Origin: a virus
Virus record (IMG/VR): IMGVR_UViG_3300045988_081107
Location: 1 to 41,549 of that record
Reading direction: 5' to 3' (one strand)
Length of the DNA: 41,549 nucleotides
Position numbers and translations under genes: made by a program. Shown one piece after another: positions 21,561-29,533 of this stretch (position 1 is its first letter; the number at the start of each line of letters is the position of its first letter). The notes beneath the pieces are model-generated. The model made no database searches. It saw only the letters and a list, made by a program, of their open reading frames with translations, and was not told the origin of the DNA.

Positions 21561-23217
21561 CATTCCCCCGGAGATTCTGGAGTACATTGAGCAGGTGGAG
21601 AACAATGCTCCGCGTGCTTGCAAGGAGCAGCACGCCCTTGTTGCACTGATCCGGCGCGTTTTTGCAACTGAAGATATTTATGTAGATACCGAGCGTATGC
21701 GGAAATACTTCCGCCTCGCCCGGTATTTTCCTTATGACCGCCTTTTTCCGTGGCAGACCTTTGCGCTGGGGCTTTGGTTATGCACCTATCGCAAGGATGG
21801 GAGCCCTCGGTTCAAAACGTTGTTTGCTATGGTCGGGCGCGGCGCTGGCAAGGATGGCGTAATTGCCATTTCCTCGGCGGCGCTGATCAGCCCATACAAC
21901 CCGGTGCCGCACTACAACGTGGATATCTGCGCCAACAACGAGGAGCAGGCTGTCACCCCCGTGAAGGATATCGTGGAGGCGCTGGAAAACCCGAAGTGGG
22001 AAGCCAAGCTTTCGCGGTTTTACTATCACACAAAAGAGGTGCTGCAGGGGCGCAAGAATCTGGGCGAGGTAAAAGGCCGCACCAATAACCCCAAGGGGCG
22101 CGATGGTATGCGTTCCGGCGCGGTTATCTTCAACGAGGTGCATCAGTACCAGAACTACGACAACATCAAAGTGTTTATCACCGGCCAAGGTAAGGTTGCA
22201 GAGCCTCGCGTTGGCTTTTTCACGTCCAACGGCGATGTATCGGACGGTCCTTTGGACGATTATCTTGCCCGTGGACGTCGCATTTTGTTTGAGGGTGAAC
22301 CGGATGAGGGCTTTTTGCCGTTCATCTGCTGCCTGAACACCAAAGACGAGGTACACGACCCAGAAAACTGGTGCATGGCAAACCCTTCCCTGCCCTATCT
22401 TCCACATCTGATGCAGGAGATCCACGATGAATACCGAGACTGGAAAGAGCGCCCGGAGCAGAACGGCGATTTTATCACAAAACGCATGGGAATCCGTGAC
22501 GGAGCAAAGGAAATCTCGGTCACGGACTACGAAAACGTCAGGGCAACAAACCGCCCCCTGCCGGATATGGCCGGCTGGAGATGCACTGTGGGCATTGATT
22601 ACGCCGAAATGAACGACTGGGCAGCAGTAGACTTGCATTTCCGCAAAGGAGACCAGCGCTATGATATCAATCACGCATGGATCTGCGCAAACAGCAAGAC
22701 CCTGCCCCGGGTAAAAGCCCCGTGGCGAACGTGGTGCGAAAACGGAGACTGCACCTATGTAGACGATGTGAGCATCTCGCCGTATCTTTTGACGGATTTC
22801 ATCCGGGAAGCCGGACGAAAATACACCGTAAAAAAAGTGGCGCTTGACCATTTCCGTTACACCATGATGGCAGAAGCGCTGCAAAGTATCGGTTTTGACG
22901 CAAAGGATAAAAACCGGGTAAAACTGGTACGCCCCAGCGACATTATGCAGGTTGACCCAGTGATACAGGATTGCTTTGACCGCAACCTGTTTACTTGGGG
23001 CGATGTGCCGCATCTGCGCTGGGCGGTCAACAATACCAAGCGCGTGCGCAGCAGCCGAGCTCAGGGTGTGGATACCGGAAACTTCATTTACGCCAAAATC
23101 GAGGGCAAAAGCCGAAAAACAGACCCGTTCATGGCGCTGGCAGCAGCCATGACGGTGGAAAGCGATCTGGGCACCGGTCAGGTGCAGCTGCCAAAGATCG
23201 GAGCATTTTGCTGGTAA
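21550..23217 (+). CDS. terL: Terminase large subunit
   Basis: 555 aa. It has the Walker A-like MVGRGAGKDG and a C-terminal nuclease-domain-sized region. It lies between terS and the portal gene. Confidence 0.9.
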   Translation: MSCNIPPEILEYIEQVENNAPRACKEQHALVALIRRVFATEDIYVDTERMRKYFRLARYFPYDRLFPWQTFALGLWLCTYRKDGSPRFKTLFAMVGRGAGKDGVIAISSAALISPYNPVPHYNVDICANNEEQAVTPVKDIVEALENPKWEAKLSRFYYHTKEVLQGRKNLGEVKGRTNNPKGRDGMRSGAVIFNEVHQYQNYDNIKVFITGQGKVAEPRVGFFTSNGDVSDGPLDDYLARGRRILFEGEPDEGFLPFICCLNTKDEVHDPENWCMANPSLPYLPHLMQEIHDEYRDWKERPEQNGDFITKRMGIRDGAKEISVTDYENVRATNRPLPDMAGWRCTVGIDYAEMNDWAAVDLHFRKGDQRYDINHAWICANSKTLPRVKAPWRTWCENGDCTYVDDVSISPYLLTDFIREAGRKYTVKKVALDHFRYTMMAEALQSIGFDAKDKNRVKLVRPSDIMQVDPVIQDCFDRNLFTWGDVPHLRWAVNNTKRVRSSRAQGVDTGNFIYAKIEGKSRKTDPFMALAAAMTVESDLGTGQVQLPKIGAFCW

Positions 23218-23249
23218 CTTACCGGTAACTTGCCGGAAGGAGAAAAACA

Positions 23250-24464
23250 ATGTCTTTTTCTGAGAAAATCAAACAGTTTTTCGGGTTTTCGCCGCCCGAG
23301 CAGAAGATTACCGCACATGATTTTTTGCTGAACGGCGATGACCTGACCTGCGAAATGCTTGGCTACTGGCAGGAGTACCAGCTGCGTGACCTTGCATTTA
23401 ACTGCTGCGTAAACCTGATTGCGAACGCGATTGCAAACTGTGAGTTCAAGACGTTTGAGCGCGGGCAACCGGTCAAATCGGATTATTACTATCTGCTGAA
23501 CGTAGAGCCGAACGTCAACGAAAACAGCACGGCGTTCTGGAAAAAAGTGATCTACAAGCTGTATGCCAAAAATGAAGCGCTTGTTGTTCCAATTCCGCGC
23601 AGTGGCAGCGTTGAGCTGGTGGTGGCAGACAGCTGGACGAAACCGGAATACATTCCCACACAGGAAAATGTATACCGCCAGATACAGGTCGGGCAGCAGT
23701 CGTATACCCGCGACCTGAAAGAGCGTGAGGTACTGCATCTGACCTTAAACAACGATGACGCAAAAAAAGTTGTGGACGCTCTGTATGAAAGCTACAAGAA
23801 TCTGGTGCAGTCCAGCATCAAGAGCAACGTCTGGAACAACGGCCAGCACATGAAGGTGCACGTTGAACAGGCGACCGATGGACAAAACAATTTTGAACAA
23901 ACGTTTTCTGCCATGCTGGAAAGCAGCTATAAACCGTTTTTGGAATCTGGCACCGGTATTTTGCCTGAGTTTAATGGCTACGATTTCCAGCTGATGAACA
24001 ACGGCACCGGCACAAAGGACACGCGGGACATCAAAGCCCTTTTTGATGACATTTTTTCTTTTACCGCGCGTGGGCTGGGCATCCCGCCCGTGCTTGTGCA
24101 GGGCGACGTGGCGGGCATCAACGACATTATCACCCACTGGCTGACCACCGGCATTGACCCGTTGGCGGCGCAGATCAGCAAGGAGTTCAGCCGGAAGCTG
24201 ATTCCAAAGACAAATTGGCTGCGCGGAGACCGCGTATATGCGGATACTTCCACCATCCAGCACTTTGATATGTTCTCCAACGCAGCGAACATTGAGAAGA
24301 TCGTCGAAAGCGCCGCATACAGCATCAACGAACTGCGCGAGGCCACCGGCGGCGCGCCGCTGCCTGATGAATGGGCCAACATCCACTGGATGACCAAAAA
24401 TATTGCTACCGTGGAGACCGTTGCAAGGGACGCCGCCACGGAAAGCAACCCGAAGGAGGAATAA
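23250..24464 (+). CDS. Portal protein (HK97 type)
   Basis: 404 aa; GGAAGGAG RBS. Its position and size fit, as do motifs typical of HK97-family portals (YYLLNVEPN..., GGAPLP near the C-terminus). Confidence 0.85.
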   Translation: MSFSEKIKQFFGFSPPEQKITAHDFLLNGDDLTCEMLGYWQEYQLRDLAFNCCVNLIANAIANCEFKTFERGQPVKSDYYYLLNVEPNVNENSTAFWKKVIYKLYAKNEALVVPIPRSGSVELVVADSWTKPEYIPTQENVYRQIQVGQQSYTRDLKEREVLHLTLNNDDAKKVVDALYESYKNLVQSSIKSNVWNNGQHMKVHVEQATDGQNNFEQTFSAMLESSYKPFLESGTGILPEFNGYDFQLMNNGTGTKDTRDIKALFDDIFSFTARGLGIPPVLVQGDVAGINDIITHWLTTGIDPLAAQISKEFSRKLIPKTNWLRGDRVYADTSTIQHFDMFSNAANIEKIVESAAYSINELREATGGAPLPDEWANIHWMTKNIATVETVARDAATESNPKEE

Positions 24465-24465
24465 T

Positions 24466-25158
24466 ATGCCGAAACCCTATTTTGATATCCAGCAGTTTGG
24501 CGAGCAGACGGATATCTATATCTTTGGCGATATCACAAAATACGCCGATGAAGCCAGCCAGGAGACCAGCGGGTACAGCCTTGTCCAGCAGCTGAAGAAA
24601 ATCCCTGATGCAGCCGAGATCAATCTGCATATCGACAGCTTCGGCGGCAACGTTTCCGAAGGATGGGCTATCTACAATGCGCTGCAAAGCAGCCGTGCGC
24701 GGGTCACGTCCTATGCAGACGGTTTTGTTGCCAGCGCTGCCATTTACCCGTTTTTGGCTGGTCAGGAGCGTGTCGCCAGCAATGTGAGCGCCTTTTACTT
24801 TCACCCGGCAAGCCAGCTTGCAGCCGGTTACGCCGAGGATCTGCGCAACGCGGCGAACGCACTGGACCAGCTGACCGAAATCGGGCTTGGTGCGTTTACG
24901 AATGCCGGCATGGAGGAACAGGCAGCCCGCGACCTTGTAAACAGCAAGGCGTGGTACTCCCCTGCCGCTATGCTTGAAAAAGGCATTGCAACCAGCATCC
25001 GCAAAACAGGCGACGCTTCCGGTGTGTCCCAGAGCGTGCGCGGCCTGATCGTGCAGCAGCTTATGGTGCCGCATAAGGATGAGACACCGCCCGCTGAACC
25101 GAAGCCCGAAGAACCGCCCGCAAAGCGCAGCTTGATGCAGATGCTTTGCAATATCTGA
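24466..25158 (+). CDS. ClpP-like (S14) head maturation protease
   Basis: LHIDSFGGNVSEGWAIYNAL...ADGFVASAAIYPFLAG matches the ClpP Ser-protease core pattern; AAGGAGG RBS. Confidence 0.88.
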   Translation: MPKPYFDIQQFGEQTDIYIFGDITKYADEASQETSGYSLVQQLKKIPDAAEINLHIDSFGGNVSEGWAIYNALQSSRARVTSYADGFVASAAIYPFLAGQERVASNVSAFYFHPASQLAAGYAEDLRNAANALDQLTEIGLGAFTNAGMEEQAARDLVNSKAWYSPAAMLEKGIATSIRKTGDASGVSQSVRGLIVQQLMVPHKDETPPAEPKPEEPPAKRSLMQMLCNI

Positions 25159-25228
25159 ACATAAGCCGTAAAGCAGCACTTCCTTCGTGGGGGTGCTGCT
25201 TTTTAAATACCAAAAAGGAGAAAACAAC

Positions 25229-26719
25229 ATGAATCTTTCTGAACTGTACAAGAACAATCAGAAGCTGAACGATCTGCGCCAGAAGCTGCACGATGCTTAC
25301 AAGAGCAACGACGAGAATGCTGTGACTGACACCTTCCTGCAGATGTTCCAGACCGTGGGCGACATCAACCGCGAGGAGTACCAGCAGCAGCTGGACGGCA
25401 TGAAGCAGGAGCTGGACAATTCCGTCCTGTATGCCCGCGGCGTGCGCCAGCTGACCAACAACGAGCGCGAGTACTATCAGGCTGTGGAGAAGGCCATGCG
25501 CGCCGACAACCCCAAGCAGGCGCTGGAGAACGTGACCGTTGTGTTCCCGCAGACGGTTATCAGCCGCGTGATGGACGATCTGGCATCCAAGCACCCCCTG
25601 CTGAGTAAGATCCAGTTTACTCCCACTGGCGGCGCGATCCGCATGATGCTGAACACTGATGGCATCCACAAGGCCAAGTGGGGCAAGCTGTGCGCCAAGA
25701 TCGTGGAAGAGCTGACCTCCGGCTTTAAGGAAGTGGACGCAGGCCTGTATAAGCTGTCTGCGTTCATCCCTGTCTGCAAGGCACAGCTGGATCTGGGCCC
25801 TGAGTGGCTGGACCGCTACATTCGCGCAATTCTGGCGGAAGCACTGGCAAATGGTCTGGAAGAGGGCATTGTCATGGGCGACGGCAACGATCAGCCCATT
25901 GGCATGGTGCGCGATGTGAGCGATAACGTTGCCGTGATCGGCGGCAAGACCTATCCCGAGAAGGCAAAGATCAAGGTCAACGATTTCGAGCCTGCCACGA
26001 TGGGCAATCTGATCTCTATGCTGGGCAAGACTGCCAACGGCAAGGATCGTGACCCGGATGATCTGATCCTGCTGGTCAACCCGCAGGATTACTACCTGCG
26101 CGTGATGCCCGCAACCACCGTGCGTGCCCCGGATGGCACCTACCGCAACGACATCTTCCCCGTTCCCCTGTCCGTCATCAAGACCGCTGCGCTGCCGCGT
26201 GGTCAGGCTGTGTTTGGTATCGGTCATCTGTACTTTGCGCCGGTCGGCATGAACAAGAACGGCCGCATCGAGTACAGCGATGATTACCATTTCGCCGAGG
26301 ACGAGCGCGTCTATCTGATCAAGCTGTATGCCAACGGCTTCCCCGTGGACAACAACGCCTTCCTGAATCTGGACATTTCCGGCCTGCAGCCCATGACCTA
26401 CCGCGTTACTACCGTTCCCGCGCCTGCCGCATCCAATGATGCAAACCTGAGCGCCCTGAAGCTGGGCAGCCTGAACCTGACCCCGGGCTTTACCTCCAGC
26501 AATGTGACCTATACGGCTACCACCTCTGCGGCCTCCAACACCATCACCGCGACCCCTGCCAACGCTGGCGCTAAGGTCAAAGTGGAAGTAGGCGGCAAGG
26601 AGATCGAGAACGGCAAGCCTGCGACTTGGAGCGAGGGCAGCAACACCGTAACCATTACCGTGACCGCAGCGGACGGCGAGACCGTCAAGACCTACACTGT
26701 CACGGTCACCAAGTCCTGA
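25229..26719 (+). CDS. Major capsid protein (HK97 fold) with an N-terminal delta/scaffold-like coiled coil and a C-terminal beta-sandwich extension
   Basis: 496 aa. It lies after the protease, and there is no separate scaffold gene. The C-terminal roughly 95 aa (NLSALKLGSLNLTPGFTSSNVTYTATT...VTITVTAADGETVKTYTVTVTK) match the cadherin-like/Ig-like pattern. Confidence 0.88.
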   Translation: MNLSELYKNNQKLNDLRQKLHDAYKSNDENAVTDTFLQMFQTVGDINREEYQQQLDGMKQELDNSVLYARGVRQLTNNEREYYQAVEKAMRADNPKQALENVTVVFPQTVISRVMDDLASKHPLLSKIQFTPTGGAIRMMLNTDGIHKAKWGKLCAKIVEELTSGFKEVDAGLYKLSAFIPVCKAQLDLGPEWLDRYIRAILAEALANGLEEGIVMGDGNDQPIGMVRDVSDNVAVIGGKTYPEKAKIKVNDFEPATMGNLISMLGKTANGKDRDPDDLILLVNPQDYYLRVMPATTVRAPDGTYRNDIFPVPLSVIKTAALPRGQAVFGIGHLYFAPVGMNKNGRIEYSDDYHFAEDERVYLIKLYANGFPVDNNAFLNLDISGLQPMTYRVTTVPAPAASNDANLSALKLGSLNLTPGFTSSNVTYTATTSAASNTITATPANAGAKVKVEVGGKEIENGKPATWSEGSNTVTITVTAADGETVKTYTVTVTKS

Positions 26720-26721
26720 CC

Positions 26722-27042
26722 ATGATCGGGATGTACGATACCGAGCTGCTGCCGGACATCAAAAACTATCTTGATATCACATGGGCAGATGATGCGCTGG
26801 ATAAAAAGATCTGGGACATCATTGTGACTGGTATGCTCTATCTGGATAGCAAGATCGGCGCAGCGCAGGACTACACGCAGCCCGGGCTTGCCCGTGCGCT
26901 GCTGATGGACTATGTGCGTTACACCCGCGACGGCGCAGCGGATATTTTCGAGCATAATTATCTGCACCTGCTGCTTGCGGCAAGAAATGAAAGGCTGGTG
27001 ACTGATTTTGCAGAGAACACGCAAAAGCCCGACCCGCCCTGA
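26722..27042 (+). CDS. Head-tail connector (gp6-like)
   Basis: 106 aa. It is the first gene after the capsid gene. The segment IKNYLDITWADDALDKKIWDII is typical of the gp6-like family. Confidence 0.7.
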   Translation: MIGMYDTELLPDIKNYLDITWADDALDKKIWDIIVTGMLYLDSKIGAAQDYTQPGLARALLMDYVRYTRDGAADIFEHNYLHLLLAARNERLVTDFAENTQKPDPP

Positions 27043-27424
27043 CACGGAAATAAGCCAGACTTTCAACAGCGGGGTCGTACAGATATTTTCTACCCGGGAC
27101 GCCGCACCGGTCGGGCACTCCCCTGTTGTGGAGTGCACGGCAAAGTGCACCCTGCGGTACGAGGAGCAGCGTCTTGGCATCAACCGGCTGTACCTGAGCC
27201 GCCAGAATCAGGCGGAGGTTGTCCGGGTGATCCGCGTGCCGGCACCGCAGAGCATCGCGATTTCCAGCCAGGACGAAGCCCAGACCGAGGACGGCAGGCA
27301 CTACCGCATCGACACGGTACAGGCCGTCCGAAGCTGGCCCCCTGCGCTGGATCTGGCGTTGCGTGCCGTGGAGCATGACTATGACAACAGCTTACAGGAG
27401 GGCACCGGGGATGACATGGTATGA
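27008..27424 (+). CDS. Head closure / head-tail adaptor protein
   Basis: Its position and size fit. The start is uncertain (ATG 27008 overlaps the upstream gene by 35 nt). Confidence 0.6.
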   Translation: MQRTRKSPTRPDTEISQTFNSGVVQIFSTRDAAPVGHSPVVECTAKCTLRYEEQRLGINRLYLSRQNQAEVVRVIRVPAPQSIAISSQDEAQTEDGRHYRIDTVQAVRSWPPALDLALRAVEHDYDNSLQEGTGDDMV

Positions 27425-27737
27425 GTGCATCATTGCTGCCCACACAGCTGTTACAGACTGCGTAAGCCACGGCGGACGGATGAAGTCCAAGCGGTACTTC
27501 GTCTGGCAGGAAGAAGCACCGGACGACCTTATTGCAGACGGAAAACACATCGAACGTGCCATGATCGGCACGACAGACTTGTTTACCTCGATGGAGTTCG
27601 ACCCGTGGTGCGAAGCGCTGGAAAAAGCGTTTGATGCTTCCGAGCACATTGCATGGAAAAGGTTGCAGCCACAGTATGAAGCGGACCGCAACATCTGGCA
27701 CTATGAATGGCGCTGGGAGGTGTCCGGCTGTGGCTAA
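27411..27737 (+). CDS. Hypothetical tail-completion/neck protein
   Basis: AGGAGGG RBS; 108 aa; located in the neck module. Confidence 0.55.
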   Translation: MTWYECIIAAHTAVTDCVSHGGRMKSKRYFVWQEEAPDDLIADGKHIERAMIGTTDLFTSMEFDPWCEALEKAFDASEHIAWKRLQPQYEADRNIWHYEWRWEVSGCG

Positions 27738-28251
27738 AATCTACGCTACCGGAGTAGACCACTATCTGCAAAAACTGGAACGCCTGAACAAAAACACGGA
27801 TGCCGTTTGCAAACAGACGGTCTATGCAGGTGCAAAAGTTGTGGGTGACGCAATCGTGGCTGCCATTGATGCCATGCCTGTGCAAGAACCGCCCGAAAAA
27901 CAGCCGTATTTTTTCCTGTCCGATGCGGCAAAAGAAAGCGGAACACTGATCACGGGCGTTTCCGAAGCCCAGAAACAGGGCTTGCGGGAAGGCTTTGGCA
28001 TTGCGCAGATGGCGCACGAAGATAACAGCTGGAACACTAAAATCGGCTTTGACGGGTACAATTCCGTCAAAACGAAAACTTATCCGAAAGGGCAACCAAA
28101 CGCTTTGATTGCTCGAAGCGTTGAGGGCGGCACCAGCATCCAGCAAAAGACCCCTTTTATTGCGCCCGCCGTCCGGCAGGCGCGCAAAGCTGCACAAAAA
28201 GCCATGGAGGAGACCATGGCGGAAAAGGTGCAGGAGATCATGGATAAATAA
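27730..28251 (+). CDS. HK97 gp10-like tail-component protein
   Basis: GTG start after GGGAGG; 173 aa. The pattern LNKNTDAVCKQTVYAGAKVVGDAIVAAI and the position before the major tail gene fit this call. Confidence 0.6.
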   Translation: MAKIYATGVDHYLQKLERLNKNTDAVCKQTVYAGAKVVGDAIVAAIDAMPVQEPPEKQPYFFLSDAAKESGTLITGVSEAQKQGLREGFGIAQMAHEDNSWNTKIGFDGYNSVKTKTYPKGQPNALIARSVEGGTSIQQKTPFIAPAVRQARKAAQKAMEETMAEKVQEIMDK

Positions 28252-28257
28252 CCTGCG

Positions 28258-28289
28258 CAGGGTGTCCACAGTGGACACCCTGCTTTTTT
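28258..28289 (+). terminator. Intrinsic terminator/attenuator built on the palindrome GGTGTCCACAGTGGACACC
   Basis: CAGGGTGTCCAC-A-GTGGACACCCTG (28258-28282) followed by CTTTTTTG. It lies just upstream of the major tail gene. Confidence 0.75.
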
Positions 28290-28308
28290 GTATGAAAGGA
28301 GAAAACAC

Positions 28309-28911
28309 ATGGTAACTACTGGTTTTTCCAACGTGCATATCGCCACTTACGAATCCGAGAGCGGCACCGTGAGTTACAGCGGCGTGCGCAAGCTGGGGCG
28401 CTCGGTGAGCATGAGCACCGATATTTCCACCAGTGATGACAACAAGTTTTACGCCGATGACCGGCTGGCAGAAACCGAGACCGGCTCTGCCTTCACCGAT
28501 GGCAGCGGCACCTGCACCGTGGACGGCCTAACCGCAGAGGAAGAGGCCTTCATCATGGGTTTGAAAGCCGGCAACTCCGTAACGCCGGACGAGGGCACTG
28601 CGGTGGAGACCTACGAGTACGGCGCATCTATGGATCCGCCTTATCTGGGGCTGGGCGCAGTCAAGAAGGTGCAGAAAGACGGCAAGAGCATGTGGAAGGC
28701 AATCGTCCTGTGCAAGATCCGCTTCAAGGTGCCCAAGGACGATGCCGAGACGCAGGGTGAGCAGATCGACTGGCAGACCCAGGATCTGGACTTCAGCATC
28801 ATGCGTGACGACAGCGCTATGAACCGGTGGAAGATCATCCCCAAGAAGGAGTTTGACACCGAGGCAGCGGCGGTTGCGTTTATCAAGAAGGCACTGGGAG
28901 GTGCAGCATGA
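28309..28911 (+). CDS. Major tail protein
   Basis: AAAGGAG RBS; 200 aa. It lies directly upstream of the chaperone pair and tape measure gene. The N-terminus FSNVHIATYESE is typical of phi13-type major tail proteins. Confidence 0.8.
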   Translation: MVTTGFSNVHIATYESESGTVSYSGVRKLGRSVSMSTDISTSDDNKFYADDRLAETETGSAFTDGSGTCTVDGLTAEEEAFIMGLKAGNSVTPDEGTAVETYEYGASMDPPYLGLGAVKKVQKDGKSMWKAIVLCKIRFKVPKDDAETQGEQIDWQTQDLDFSIMRDDSAMNRWKIIPKKEFDTEAAAVAFIKKALGGAA

Positions 28912-29345
28912 TCGAGGACAAGTACATCGTATTCGCGCACGTCAAGGATGATGAGTACCCCATGTGCATGACCATCAAGGCCCTTTCCGTGCTGGAAAGC
29001 GCTTACGGCTCGGTGGACAATATTTTTGGCGTTGCCAAGGAAGCCACAAAAACCGGCCGCGTTGCCGACCTTGCAAAGGCGGCACTGACCATTGCGCCCG
29101 TGCTTGCGGATGCAGGCCGGGACTATGTGCGGGAGATGGCGGCAGAATCCAACGACAAGGAGTTTCAGGACATGGCGCAGAGCCTGCCGGACTTCCCTGC
29201 TGCTGCGGAACTGGAAAAGAGCATGACGTGGGCAGAGTGTCGCGCACTGTGGAACGACTGCGTTACTGCAATTGCGCGCGGCTCCGGCCGCGAGGTGGAG
29301 GCTGAACCGGACAAAAGCGCAAAAAACGCGGAAAGCGCCATGTGA
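28908..29345 (+). CDS. Tail assembly chaperone, short form (gpG analogue)
   Basis: 145 aa. It lies between the major tail and tape measure genes and has a slippery heptamer near its 3' end. Confidence 0.8.
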   Translation: MIEDKYIVFAHVKDDEYPMCMTIKALSVLESAYGSVDNIFGVAKEATKTGRVADLAKAALTIAPVLADAGRDYVREMAAESNDKEFQDMAQSLPDFPAAAELEKSMTWAECRALWNDCVTAIARGSGREVEAEPDKSAKNAESAM

Positions 29346-29521
29346 TACAGCTTAACAGAACGTGGTTTCTGTTTTACGGCCGCAAACTGGGCATGAATGA
29401 GCATCAGGTGCATTCGTGCCCGGTGGGCCGTATGTTGGATTATATGGCGTGTATGCAGATAGAAAACGGCGCAAACCAGAAGCTCTACGCCACCGTGGAC
29501 GATCTGGAAAAAATACGGTAA
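28908..29521 (+). CDS. Tail assembly chaperone, -1 frameshifted long form (gpGT analogue)
   Basis: A -1 shift at A_AAA_AAC (29321-29327) opens a 64-codon extension (KKRGKRHVIQLNRTWFLFYGRKLGMNEHQVHSCPVGRMLDYMACMQIENG...) that ends at TAA 29519-29521. This stop lies just before the tape-measure RBS. Confidence 0.7.
29321..29327 (+). other. Programmed -1 ribosomal frameshift slippery site
   Basis: The heptamer A AAA AAC is in the X_XXY_YYZ register of the 28908 frame (codons GCA AAA AAC). Confidence 0.7.
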
Positions 29522-29533
29522 GGAGGTGAACGC

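Noticed and set aside
21778-23250. 490-aa minus-strand ORF opposite terL
   Set aside because: It lies antisense to the terminase large subunit, which has a Walker A motif and the canonical position. The minus-strand product has no RBS or motif.
25061-26290. 409-aa minus-strand ORF opposite the capsid gene
   Set aside because: It is a shadow ORF of the major capsid gene. Its sequence is dominated by Leu/His/Gln/Val runs.
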